A stretch of 63,310 nt of DNA, counting the filler, from Octopus bimaculoides (Eukaryota): NCBI RefSeq assembly GCF_001194135.2. It is 3 parts of 3 records of this genome, joined end to end, with 100 filler letters (N's around TTAATTAATTAA, not from the genome) between each part and the next. Parts side by side here need not be neighbours in the genome. Positions count along the whole stretch, not along the records: positions 1 to 31,381 come from NC_068996.1; 2 more parts are not named here. One strand, 5' to 3'. Each line of letters starts with the position of its first letter. Positions within the stretch are counted from its first letter, which is position 1. This document shows positions 1 to 12,125 of the stretch, in pieces. The translations under genes were made by a program, and so were the position numbers. The notes under the pieces were generated by a model. The model was not told where the DNA came from and searched no databases. It was given only the letters and a program-made list of their open reading frames with translations.

Positions 1-501
1 CACCCCTCTCTCGTAACCCCCTACACAATCCAACCCCATCTTCCCTATCCATCCCATCTCACCCCCATGCCTTACCCCCACTCCCACATACCCCACTTCT
101 ACCCCACCCTCAGCGTAACCCACACCCCACCCTTGCTTTCCGCACTCTCGCCTCCCCACATCCTAACATCACCACACCACACCACACACCACCACACCAC
201 AAAACACCATACCACACAACACCACATCATACCATCACGCACACACTAGTACTGACCACTTCCCAGCCCCACACCATCATCCACACACCTACACATGCAC
301 ACGTCAAGGTCACCAGCCCTCTTCCACATGCACATATATGCTCTCTTATACACACGCACACGCACCTTCGTTTTGGGATCACCACTACTTTATTACCTTC
401 CCTTCCTAGCTCTCCTGTGTGACCCCTCTGTCCGGCATTCACCATGATAGATCGCTAGCCACTTCACATTCTTTATTTTCTCTCCCTGTTTCTTTCTGTG
501 T

Positions 502-540
502 TCTTTTCTGTGGAAGAGCGTAGGCTCGAAACGTTAAAGA
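502..540 (+). ncRNA. Minimal type-I hammerhead-ribozyme-like motif (Penelope-type), one core substitution
   Basis: TCTTT(T)-CTGTGGAA-[GAG cgtagg CTC]-GAAAC-GTT-AAAGA. The core differs from CUGANGAA only at A6. Stem II is 3 bp, stem III is the palindrome ACGT, and stem I is TCTTT/AAAGA. Confidence 0.5.
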
Positions 541-1179
541 CTTTTTCACTTCCCAAGCGTTAAACTAAGATATATACNNNNNNNNNNNNNNNNNNNNNNN
601 NNNNNNNNNNNNNNNNNNNNNNNNNNNNNNNNNNNNNNNNNNNNNNNNNNNNNNNNNNNNNNNNNNNNNNNNNNNNNNNNNNNNNNNNNNNNNNNNNNNN
701 NNNNNNNNNNNNNNNNNNNNNNNNNNNNNNNNNNNNNNNNNNNNNNNNNNNNNNNNNNNNNNNNNNNNNNNNNNNNNNNNNNNNNNNNNNNNNNNNNNNN
801 NNNNNNNNNNNNNNNNNNNNNNNNNNNNNNNNNNNNNNNNNNNNNNNNNNNNNNNNNNNNNNNNNNNNNNNNNNNNNNNNNNNNNNNNNNNNNNNNNNNN
901 NNNNNNNNNNNNNNNNNNNNNNNNNNNNNNNNNNNNNNNNNNNNNNNNNNNNNNNNNNNNNNNNNNNNNNNNNNNNNNNNNNNNNNNNNNNNNNNNNNNN
1001 NNNNNNNNNNNNNNNNNNNNNNNNNNNNNNNNNNNNNNNNNNNNNNNNNNNNNNNNNNNNNNNNNNNNNNNNNNNNNNNNNNNNNNNNNNNNNNNNNNNN
1101 NNNNNNNNNNNNNNNNGAAATGAGGCCCCGTTTGCTAGATCAACTGCTTATCAGATATAGCTCAATATCCTTCTAGCCA

Positions 1180-2760
1180 TCATTCATCGTCTCTTTTTAA
1201 CCAAATCCAGTGGATAGCCTTTTCCACTGTAGTTTGGAGATCGGTCATGGTGGTATTTATTTTACGATGAGTTAAGCCTATTGATAACAATAGTCGCCTC
1301 ACACTATGCCCAACAAATCCTCTACATCCGACTTCAATTGGAAAATACTCCGCTTTCCAATCTGCGTCTTCACATTCCTCGAGGTGGTTTACTAGCGGTC
1401 AATCTTTCGAGCCCGAGTGGCGTCCATGTTATCTTCATGAGGAACCTCGACTAGATTCTCAATTTTCTTTCTTTCGCACCACGTTAATATGTCCGGTTTT
1501 TTCGTTACTGGGATAAAAAAGAGTCCTTGGCATCCTAGTAAATCTGCAACCCTCTCCCAATAGCCGTTCCGCTTTTCATCACTTACAGGAAGTTTCTTCT
1601 TCTTCTACTTGAGTGCACGAAGGTAATGAAATCTCTAGTTGGTACTTTAACCTTTTTTTTTTCACGGTCGTTGAGATCAATTTGGTTCTTTATAGCATTG
1701 AAGATAACCATAAGGACCAAGTTGTGTCTTCATCTATACCTATTCAATGTTAGTGAACTGTTGAAAAGAATATTCTTCAGTGTTCCAACCTTTCTGCATT
1801 TGCATATATCATTCTCTGAGACGTTCCATCTTACTAGATTTGCAGATGATGGCAAGATATAGGATGAACGAATCAGAAAACTTAACGGAGATGTGGTCCA
1901 CCTCCATATCTCATCCCAACTCATTTTTCTCTCCATAACATGTTTCTCCCATCTCGTCATCTGTCCTTGTTGAGTGCATTGGATCAAATGAATCTCTCTT
2001 CTCTCTGCTTTCCTTGTTTTGTGACGCTGTTGTTAACAACAAATCTGCGTTCGCTCCGCATCATACTTGTAAACAGTCTGAACCGATCTGCGCTAAAACC
2101 AAGTCCCTTCTGATGAATTTGCGTTGCCCCTACCATATCTCAGTGTGTAAGAGAAGACAGAATATCATCAATCTCTGCTTCTGCTTTCCACTTCTGGCTA
2201 TTTTCACATCTGCTGGTTTCCGTGTCTTTCGACTCTCTCAGCATCATCACCGTTCGTACCTTCCCTAGTTCATAAATTTCAACTATTGACGCCAGTGGTA
2301 ACTGCAACGAGCATCTTTTACGATAAAGAGCTGAACTGTTCAATATCCGAGGTGGGCCTAGCCACTTTCTAATGAACACATAACATTTTTGTTCAATGAT
2401 CTGAACTCGTGACAATGCTGCTTCGTATATTAAAAGTGGCCACGAAAGTCGCGGTAACAAGCCGAACTGCAAGCACCAAATTTTATATTTACCTGGTAAC
2501 TCTGAGTAATCAATCGCTGATAATCCATCCTCGGCTTGTTTCATAATTTCCATCCCACGACTTCTATCTGACAATGTTTCAGCGTTTACTCGCCCAAAGC
2601 TCTTGACGGGTTCTTCTTTGACTGTTGGAATGCTTTCTTCAGCTATTTGAAACTTTACTTCTTTCTGCACTCCCTTAATAAATGTCAAACTACGCAACTT
2701 TTTCGCTCTAAATTACATCCTTGACCACTTCACAAGCTCGTCTAGTTTCGAGAAAGCACT
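1180..2760 (-). mobile_element. HERO-clade (RLE-type) non-LTR retrotransposon, 5'-truncated and degenerate
   Basis: ORF 2140-2697 (LPGKYKIWCLQFGLLPRLSWPLLIYE...IRKWLG...LQLPL) and ORF 1730-1987 (QQGQMTRW...SWDEIW...FLIRSSY.LPSSANLVRW...CKC..GTLKNIL) match the post-RT and zinc-knuckle regions I recognise from HERO elements. Frameshifts and stops are present. Confidence 0.75.
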
Positions 2761-2779
2761 CTGCATGATTTTCTATTGT

Positions 2780-3170
2780 GAAAAAGTGTCGTAAGTGGAT
2801 AGTCAAAAGGTAGTCTTTTTTATTGAAATATTTGTTTTATTTGGCCTATCACACATAACGCATGCGCAAAAGTACAATTCTTTATATCTATTGAAAATTT
2901 ATATTTGTTTATAAAATATCAATGACATGATATAAGCTAACAAAAGAAAAAAATGAGGCGGTATAGGCAACGACATAAAAAGAAGCAGAGATTGAGAAAG
3001 TCATGCTCTCTCAATTAGAGCCTTATCTAGAAGAATTGAAAGGCTTTTTTAATGAAAATAATACAGAATATACACTTTCAAACAAAACATTAATTTTGAA
3101 GGTTCTATATAAACTTCCAGCCAGCTAAGATATTTTGCTTTTACCATGGAATTTCCACGGGTACTGCTAG
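2780..3170 (+). mobile_element. Helitron-like 3' terminus (5' boundary uncertain)
   Basis: Hairpin CCATGGA-ATT-TCCACGG (3144-3160, one mismatch explicable by CpG decay), followed by GTACTG-CTAG (3167-3170) and then T. This is the canonical Helitron 3' end architecture. Confidence 0.5.
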
Positions 3171-3242
3171 TATTCTGTTATACGACGTTTAAAATCATAT
3201 AATTATTTTCTATTCCCGCGTTCCTTTCAGTCAACACACATA

Positions 3243-3275
3243 CACACACTCTCTCTATATATCTTTCTCTCTCTT

Positions 3276-3307
<32 letters not shown>

Positions 3308-3321
3308 TCTCNNNNNNNNNN

Positions 3322-3362
<41 letters not shown>
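3243..3362. repeat. (CT)n/(GA)n microsatellite with small gap
   Basis: Directly visible dinucleotide tract. Confidence 0.95.
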
Positions 3363-3368
<6 letters not shown>

Positions 3369-4574
3369 CTCGCTTCAACCATACCATATGCCCCTGCACT
3401 TAACATACCTATATCTCTCTCTTTCTACTTTCTACCTCTTTCTTCAACTAGCTACACAAGGTAATAACTATTACTTTCCTCTTAGCGATAACTCTCCTCT
3501 GTATCCCTCCCTCTCTCTCTCCCTCTCTCCCTTTTTATCTATCTATCTATCTCTTCTTTGTCTTCGTTTCTACCTTGAACTAACAAGTTGATAGCGTAAT
3601 AGCTATTACTTTCCCCTACCACACGTCGTTAACACTTTTCTCTTCCACTTTTTATCCCTCCCACTTTTTATCTTTCCCTCTTTCTCTCTCCCTCTCTTTC
3701 TCACTTCCTCTTTTCCCTCTCCCTCTTTTTCTCTCGCTTTTCACCTTAGCGCAACGCATTTCGGCCTTAGTTTATTAATATATAGATAGGATAGGATAGG
3801 ATAGGATAGAATGTGTGGACACTCTAATTCTGTATTTAGAATTGCCGTTCCTAGAATGTTGGTGAAAAGACGACGGTGAAAATTTTGCAAACTTTGTCGG
3901 TTTCCTGTATAATTTCAAGCAATTCATATGCACATGGCTAAACTACCCTTCTATTTGTTGGAAGTGGGCACATCCTATTTTAGCATTAATAGCAATAAGT
4001 AATTTATTTAGGCTTAGTTTTAAGTTGAGTGGTATTATCATCAAGTTTGTCATTTATTTTCATGATATAATTGTGTTTATTCCCAATAACGAACATGTTG
4101 CTCTTACCGCTTTTAAAAATATTTTCATTACTTTACAATTCTTTTGAAATGGTGTTGTGGTGATTCTATCGATATTTGTTGGTTTCACACTCTACTAAGT
4201 TTTTTATTGTAATTCCATTTGAGGTGAAAGTTAGGACGAAGATTCAAGAGCGTTGTGTAATCAGGGCTGAGTTTGTGTTATAATAAATTCTTTATTGTGC
4301 GTTAGCAGCAGAATTTTCTATTGTGGAGCCTTCTAAATTTCTATGTATTATTGTTCTTTATACAGCGTGCGAGTGAACCCTGGATATTATCATTGCATTA
4401 GCTACACGCATTATAACAAAATGATCCAACGTAAAGATTTTCGGGTTTTTAATGTATAAGTGTGTGTGTATATATGTATGTGTATATATGGTTTCGTATT
4501 CATGAAGTTAGCTTTATAGACGGCTGGTCGGACAATAATGGCCATGGGCATATAACCTCTACTGGTTATATGTG

Positions 4575-4576
4575 TG

Positions 4577-4647
<71 letters not shown>

Positions 4648-4648
4648 C
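4575..4648. repeat. (GT)n microsatellite
   Basis: Directly visible. Confidence 0.97.
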
Positions 4649-4659
4649 GTGTTGAGTCT

Positions 4660-5620
4660 GGAAGAAGGGACAGTGCCTATGGTCTACGTAAGCTCTCTCT
4701 AGGCTGGTATGAATGATGTTCTTAATACTTTTGAAGTTCGGAAATTAACAACTGCAGAGAGGAATAAAAAGAGTGTCGTTCAAATGAGAAGAGTAGATTA
4801 AACGTAGTGATTGGTGGATGGTCTAAAGAGGTTGGAAACAACGTCACTGATGAGAGAAGAGACAAGAGGATAAGGAACGCTCCAAGGAACAGTAGTTACT
4901 GTGTAGCAGAAGGAAAGGCATGGAGAGAAAACAGTGTGCATTCCACTAGAGGCTGAAAGGTGTCTGTTGTTGACTTTAAGTCGATCAATCTAGTGTGATT
5001 TTTTTCCTAGCAGCACCATTCTACATGTGAAAGTTGATACTCCACTGTCGATTTAGCTAAATCTGTTAGAGAATCTATAATTTTGTGGGGCTGAAATATC
5101 TTATGGCTCTAAAGAAAAAGGTCAGTTGCCGGTAGTCGGGGTTAGCTTTTAGAAGGATATGCTGTCATCTGGAGATACCATCGGTGGTAGTGAGGCTCAA
5201 CAATTGTGGTGATTATGAGGTATGGTGCGTTGGTGTGTTCTTAGTATGAGCAGCATTTGTGTTTTCTTGCTGTTGAAAGACACATTGGACGATGCTTTCG
5301 ATGTCTCTGTTCATAGGGTTCAGTGCGGGTATGGTTTGCTATATCAAGTTTACGAGCGAATGATGCATGGTTAGGGACTCTTACGAGGCATAAAGGATAA
5401 TGTCATCTGTGTAAGAATAGGCATTGTTGAATGTGACATTAAACAAGTCAATAATGTACAAAAAACGAGAGTACGGGTGAAAATCAAGTTTGAGGCGCAC
5501 TTTAACAGTTAACAAATTGAGGAAAAGACATAGCTCCAACAATACATACGGCGATAACACGATTGGATAAGAAGCTACCGAACTACGTGGTGAGAAGCAG
5601 ATGGGATCCATAAGTGGGTT
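4660..5620 (-). mobile_element. CR1/L2-group LINE 3' fragment, degenerate
   Basis: ORF 5381-5650 ends in FLYIIDLF...AYSYTDDIIL (RT motif, LFxxYINDL...YADD-like). The downstream sequence is a broken post-RT region. Confidence 0.6.
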
Positions 5621-5939
5621 GTTTTGTCGCGGTACCACAGTTTCCCTCAAATTTCTCCAAATGCCAAATAAAATTTTGGTTCTTTTTATATATTATCTCT
5701 TTGAAGTTAGTTTTCTCACTTAACTTTAGTTTTAAAGTATATTTGAATGTTTCAATGAAATATTTGCAATTTTGTTTGTCGCTCTTTACTCCTCTTCTAC
5801 TATTTCTACTTCAAATAACTCACTTCTCCTTACTCTCCTTCGTATCTTTTTTATCTTGTTTATGCTTCACAATAATGATTTACACATATTAAATTGTAGC
5901 ACAACAGTATTTAAGTAGTGTACACGTTTATGTAAATGT

Positions 5940-6087
<148 letters not shown>

Positions 6088-7211
6088 ATGTATATTAAAA
6101 ATATGAAATGTAAAAGAGATTAAAATTAAAATTGTGTTTTGTGCAATAGTATAAAACGACGATTGAACCGCGACTAAAAGATAAGTATTCTTGGAAATAA
6201 AGTTGCTAATTATAACTTTCCGATATTTGTCATTAAAGTGTGGAATTGTTTATGAATTATAGTTGACAAAGAAAGATATGATGACGTGTTTATATTTTTA
6301 TCAATCATATTTTGTTGTTTTGTTATAAATTAAATATAATTTATTATATTCTTTGTGTTTATAACAATTTTCATATTTCTATAAGTATAATGGTTATGTT
6401 TATTAATACTTGTACCAGATTGTATTTTTAATGCGTGTTCGAAGTTTTAATGCTTTCTTGTTTGCCAGAAAAAAACTGTTGTTTACGCTTATATCAAATA
6501 TATTGTGTCGTTTATAACCACAATATCTCTGATATATGTATGCACTTAAGAGTAGAAATCTCTCAGGAAGGACCAAGATACTGTAAAATAGCGACCACTG
6601 TTTCTCAATTACAACCCTTTGGCGAAATATTGATAGTCTCGTCCAAGCGGCATTCACTACTGTCAAGTCACACTCTGTTCGAATCCATCTTCACTGCTTG
6701 CGCTGTAGCTACCATCGATATCTGTTGCGTTCAAAAAGGAATTGATCAGTAGAGTACACAACATATCCAGAATGTCACGCTGCACCTGTAAGGATTCAGA
6801 AGTGCATGCCGGATTGTGCTGTATGGTCCTCAATCAGATGAATCTGTGGGTCACACTTCATTGTACGGTCAACTTCCTGCGTATCGCAGGACTGCTTGGC
6901 AGGGGTTGAGGCTACAACAACAGCAGTAGCAGCAGTAGAAACGTTTTATAAGATTTTTCTCAAAGGTATCATCTGTTTTAAGTGGTACATTGAGAAGTCG
7001 ATGAGATGTTTCAATGTACCACTGAGAAATCGATGGTAAGTGAAAAATGCTTTGGAGAAGAAATAAAATGGCACCGCCTAGACATTATGCATTTAATTCG
7101 TAGAGAACTCGAAATACCGTAGTGCCACTAGTTACTGTACATATATTCTGAAGTCAGAGTCGGGGCTTACCATACATTTCGTGACACAAAGCAAGCTGAA
7201 TTTCAACTTAC

Positions 7212-7557
7212 TTATGAGGAGTAAATTCGCTATTTCTCCTGGAGATCAACGAATCTCTTCCACACATACCCGACTCAATATTTGTTTGTAATGAAAATGT
7301 GTCGGGATAGTATTTTATGTTTAAACGGAGGCAAAATTTCAAGTGCTTAATGCAATATATAAGCTAAAGAAAGCACTTCATATCGCCTCGATTTTTAAAT
7401 TTTTTTCATAAACAGTGAGAAAGATAGTGAGAAGAAAACCGTGCTATATTATTGGCGATTATCCCGACACATTTTTATTACAAACGAATATTGGGCTGGG
7501 TATGTGTGGAAGAGATTCGTTGATCTCCAGTAGAAATAGCGAATTTATTCCTCATAA
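7212..7557. mobile_element. MITE, Tc1/mariner-type, with ~98-bp terminal inverted repeats
   Basis: 7212-7309 (ttatgaggagtaaattcgctatttc...gtgtcgggata) is the near-perfect reverse complement of 7460-7557. The spacer is ~150 bp and TA dinucleotides lie at both ends. Confidence 0.8.
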
Positions 7558-7849
7558 ATTTTTTAAAAATATATGAACAAAAAACATACTGAAAACATAC
7601 ATTACAATAACTAAAACATCTTTCTCCACAGTAAATTTGCAAAATTTTCTACTATACTTTCTATAACTATACTTTATACAATATCAAATTTTATTGGTAA
7701 AGTAACTAAAGAACTTTATTTATCTTCACATTTGGGATGATGACCTTTAGTATGTGGAGCACTTTTCAACTTCCTGTGTTGCCTTCTGCTAACTCAATGC
7801 AGATTACTATCAATACAATAGTATTACTAGATATTGTACACATACTGCA

Positions 7850-8139
7850 TGAGATGTCAAGGAGGAAAAGACAAAAGCAGAGGGAGAAGTATGGCGGGTA
7901 TTACCTGTCTATCTGGAATGGGTCACTCACAACGTCCACATGGTCTGTCTGCCGCCGTACCGTCCAACAGGTCTGCTCTTGTATGTTGTTAACTGCGAAC
8001 TGCCTGCTCGTGCCTCGCCGACCCCACATGTCTACCGCAGCCCTTCCGGTGGGACTTGCAGGCCCCACTTTTGACAGGACCTGCGTACTCCCTCACTTCC
8101 GGTCCTTTCCTCCAGCACAACCTGGCTCATAACACCACA
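7850..8139 (-). repeat. 3' LTR of Gypsy element
   Basis: Aligns along its length with 10801-11089; TG/CA termini. Confidence 0.9.
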
Positions 8140-8226
8140 CGACCCCCTGATCTGAAGATCATTCAACCAACCTGCTACACCCTCTTCTCAACCCTGACCA
8201 CACACCTTAATTTGTGTCGTAATCAG

Positions 8227-10000
8227 TCAACTAGTGAGGAGGGCACCGTTCCCTCTATGATCTCCGTGGACTTCAGGACTGGCCTCAGTCTCTGGCATGT
8301 TGCTTCTGACTTCCTCTTTCTCATTGCTGCTGGCTCCATCCTCAAACGCATTGATGATCCAGCGCACATCCAAAACATGACATGGCATTCCATTTACGGA
8401 CACATTATTCCTCGAATTTACAGAGGTTATTGTCCCTTTTCCCAATTGTAATGTGCACCGCGCATTTGGGGTTTTAACCCAGATTACTTCCCGAACCTGC
8501 TCAAAGGCATTCTCTTTCTCTTCTGCGGCTTGCGGCGATGCAGTATATGGATGTCTCCACTCTTACTTGAATATTGCCCTGTGTGGAACTGACTCCTCAG
8601 CCTGTCCTGACCTGAGTGACATATTATATCAAAAAACGACCTCGATCGGTGAGATGTGGCCCCTCTCTGCCATGGTTTTGATGGTGCAATGATGCCTCTC
8701 CACAACCCCATTGCCACTTGGCCAGTATGTCGCTCTGAAGAAATGGCTAACATGCCACTTGTTGAGCATTTCTCTCAGCACCTCCGAGTGAAACACAGTG
8801 CCATGTCCACAAGCAGCTCATTCACGGGGCTTCTGCAATCGGGTAGTGTCCCAGCAGCTTCCCACACACAGAAAGCAGTTCCCGCCTACTCGTCCTGGTA
8901 CCCAGTTCTGGGATCTCATTCCCTCTCCGAAACACCAACGCGCCGGCCTTGTCTCTCCATTGCCTGAGTCCCAGTGCAGCTCCTCCTTCCATCACCTCCA
9001 GTGGCTTGGCAGTTAACCCAAAACTGTTCAGGTGGATTATGACCTCCTTTTCCGACACTATATTCTCGCCCACCGCGATGTCATCAATATAGGAACTGGT
9101 GGCTCTTTTCACTTTGTTCGCCTTTCCCAGGATGGTTTTGAGAATCGTTGCCATAATCTTCGGTACTGAATTCAGCCCGAATCCCAGCCTGATCAGACAG
9201 TATATCCGGCCCTTGTACCTTACTAGCTGATACTTCCGCAGTCTCTCAGCCACATGCAGCTTCAGGTATGCCGACTTCAAATCGACGATTGTAGAAGCCC
9301 CTGTCATCTACCTCCACTCTCTCAAGGTTTCGCTGCAAACGTCTGTGGCTTCCCCGCCTGTATGGCACGATAAATTTCAGCTCCTCGAAATTTAAGACCA
9401 GCCTGACTTTATGCTTCGTCGGCTGCACCAAGGCCATCAGTAGTAATACTCTACTCTCCACTTCCTCCTTCCAAGGGATCAGAATGCCTTCCTTGATCCA
9501 CCGGTCCATCTCTCCCACGAACTCGCTTCTGGCATCCCCTTTCTGGCAGCCCCTTTTTAACGTCGGAGGATCTCCCTTCCAGTACTATTCTACTGTCCAC
9601 TGACGGCCGTCCAACACAGCTCGAAAATCCTTGTCTGCAATGGTTTGTGCAGCATATTTTTCTTTGCAGCTCCCATCACTCTCCTGTCGCAGACTTATAG
9701 CGCAGAGCGCCCCTACATCACCGAACGTTACACCGGCTTCATTGACCGTCACACCTCCCAAACGGATAATTGAGTCCATCCCCATCACCACATCGATTCC
9801 GTCCACAACGTAGTCGACTCGATCGCCCGCAGCCTCAGTCTCGTTCCCCGTACCACCATCTCCACATCGCTACTTCCTGTACATCCAACTTCCGTACCGT
9901 CAACAGCCTTTACAATGCTCACTCCATTTTTCTACCATCTCTGGAGTCATTAAGATTGTTGAGCAGCCCGTATCCATGAAGGCTCATGATACCTTTCCCT
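8227..10000 (-). pseudogene. pol: Gypsy pol remnant (protease, RT, C-terminal integrase; RNase H and IN N-terminus deleted)
   Basis: AFMDTGCS (~9975); VDLKSAYL...RLGFGLNSVPKIM...SYIDDI (8822-9307); ELLVD(NG)...FRATYWPSGNGVVERHHCTIK (8650-8830). Frameshifts are present. Confidence 0.85.
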
Positions 10001-10091
10001 CCACCACGTCATCCACTACAGGCAACGACCGTATACGCGCCTCTATTCCTTCGACGGGTGCAGTAGTCTCCTTCAGACCGTTTCCCTGAAC

Positions 10092-10778
10092 TCATTCACT
10101 AGCGATGTGGCCTGTTTGTCTGCATCGATAGCAAGTTACTTCAGGCATGGGCTCCTTGCAATCTCTCACCATGTGCCAACTCTGACACCGAAAACACTGC
10201 CCTTTGAAGAGTCGCAAACTTTCCTTGTTCGACACCTCTCCGTCGCTCCTTGTTTGACCCCTTCTAGTTGTTGCAGTCGCTGCTAACAGTGTTGTCCTGC
10301 AACACGAGGCGGGGACTCTAGCCCGAGGTATTACCTCTCCTATCGCCATGGAGTGAATATTCGGCAGCTTTTGCAGTTCGGCCGACATGTGGTCAGGAAA
10401 TCCAGTCACAAATGCTAATTTGACTATTCGTTCCAGTGCCTCGTCCGCATGTCCCGCAAATTTAGCCAATCTCCTGATTTCGTTGGCAAACACATCGACC
10501 TGTTCACCCGCCCACTTCACTTTCCCCAGTCGTCCATATGCCGTGAATGGCCCTTCCGTAAAAGCCTTCATCAGCTGGGCTTCAATTTTTTCTGCGCTTA
10601 ACTGGTCCTTCTCCTCCATTTCCAAGTATAGCGCCAAGGTAAATGGTATAAAATTCGCTAGGTCGTCTATATCGTGGAGTTTTGCCATCAACTTAATTTT
10701 TTTCAACCAAGCGGTGACGTCTCCCTTACCGCAAAATGGCCTAACGCTCTCGTTCGAAACACGAACCATACCCATCAT
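10092..10778 (-). pseudogene. gag: Gypsy gag with two CCHC zinc knuckles
   Basis: 228-aa ORF containing CFRCQSWHMVRDC and CYRCRQTGHIASE. Confidence 0.85.
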
Positions 10779-10800
10779 CTTTTTATGAGCCGAAATAGCT

Positions 10801-11089
10801 TGTGATGTGAAGAAGGAAAAAACAGAAACAGAGGGAGAATTACGGAGATCTTACCTGTCTATCTGGAAGGGGTCACTCACAACGTCCACGTGATCTGTCT
10901 GCCGCCGTACCATCCAACAGGTTTACTCTCGTACACTGTCAACTGCTAACTTTCTGCTCGCGCCTCGCCTAGCCCGCATGCCCACCGCAGCCCTTCCGGT
11001 GGGACCCGCAGGCCCCACTTCCGACAGGACCTGCGTGCTCCCTCATTTCCAGTCCTGCCCTCCAACACAGCCTGGCTCATAGCACCACA
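10801..11089 (-). repeat. 5' LTR of Gypsy element
   Basis: Aligns with 7850-8139; the gag ATG follows ~20 nt downstream on the minus strand. Confidence 0.9.
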
Positions 11090-11184
11090 TTGCACTAAGT
11101 ACTGTTAATAAAATAGAGCACATATGGTTGTGCAGCGAAAAAACACAAATACAAACAAGTCTACTTAATGAAGGAGGGGAGGAA

Positions 11185-11262
11185 AGAAGAAGAAGAAGAA
11201 GAAGAAGAAGAAGAAGAAGAAGAAGAAGAAGAAGAAGAAGAANNNNNNNNNNGAAGAAGAAG

Positions 11263-11293
<31 letters not shown>

Positions 11294-11365
11294 GCAGCAG
11301 CAGCAGCAGTAGCAGCAACAGCAGCAACAGCAGCAACAACAACAAAAACAACGACCACGACGACA
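11185..11365. repeat. Compound trinucleotide microsatellite (GAA)n-(CAA)n-(CAG)n
   Basis: Directly visible; it generates the homopolymeric ORFs in the track. Confidence 0.97.
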
Positions 11366-11369
11366 ATAA

Positions 11370-12125
11370 CAAGATATAGTGACACTTAAAAGAGTCAACA
11401 TGAACAACAATCCAGGAAGAAATGTGCTTTCTCTAAGTCACGAACGGGTGACCAAAAAGGTAGGTGTAATATCTGAAAAAGTTATCAATTTACTTCACAT
11501 AGAAGAAGCGCGTTGCAGTGACAGTGGAATGAGGTTTAGAATAAAATGTGACTTTAATAATAAAGAGGGGGAACAGAGTCCGTTTAAATTGAAGAACAGA
11601 TTTTAGGACCTGGTGACGAAGGATTTAAATATCTAGGCAAGTGGAACTCTATGAAAGTAAAGATCGTATGTGAAGTGATTAAAACTTGTATTGAAGTTTA
11701 AAGTTAATTTAAATCTAATAAATGCAATCAACACACGGGGGATGTCTGTGGTGCGTTATAGAACTAGAATTGTTAATGAGACAGAACTCATGCAAAGGTT
11801 ACCGTCTGTCACTTATACATCAGATGGAAGACTGGACGGAGAGGGCTTATTAGCATTTCTGATTGTGTAAGTGAAGGACAAAAGTCAATAAACCACTAGC
11901 ATGAAAGGAGTAAAGAAAAGTGACTTACTAGTATTAAACATGAAGAGACTCCATCACAAAGCAAGCTAATTTGTAAAACAAAAGAAGTGATAGAAAAAAT
12001 GTAGTTACAGAGACACCAAAAATGTGAACAACATGACTCATCGTGGGAGTGGTTGCGAAAAGGAGAGGTTTAAAGAAACTGTGAGTTTGTTGTTGTCTGC
12101 TCAAGATCAAGCTCTAAGCATTAGT
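11370..12125 (+). mobile_element. R4/Dong-like RLE non-LTR retrotransposon fragment (post-RT)
   Basis: Broken frames encode GFKYLG, NLINAINT, GRGLISISDCV and SWEWLRKG..ET.SLLLSAQDQALS. Confidence 0.7.

Larger units (their letters stand above)
7850..11089 (-). mobile_element. Ty3/Gypsy LTR retrotransposon, internally deleted, with both LTRs
   Basis: LTRs at 7850-8139 and 10801-11089 (TG...CA), flanked by ctgca/ttgca (TSD). PPT-like AGGGGGTCG lies next to the 3' LTR. Internal domains are gag with CCHC knuckles, protease DTG, RT YIDD and the C-terminal half of integrase. Confidence 0.92.

Noticed and set aside
3751-3770. Half hammerhead (AAGGCC-GAAATGCGT, minus strand)
   Set aside because: The CUGANGA half is absent (replaced by microsatellite), so it is at most a Penelope remnant.
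6403-6900. ORFs 6403-6666 and 6435-6752 as host exons
   Set aside because: There are no convincing splice sites or recognisable product. The region weakly resembles a decayed L1/Tx1 C-terminus, too weakly to call.
10770-11089. Tf1-like self-priming of the Gypsy element (GGCTCATA complementary to TATGAGCC in the LTR)
   Set aside because: The complementarity is only 8 bp, and the partner lies at the extreme U3 end, which is not normally in the 5' end of the transcript.
11043-11410. Poly-L/R/E/C/S ORFs (also 14099-14443 and 16180-16858)
   Set aside because: They are translations of trinucleotide microsatellites.
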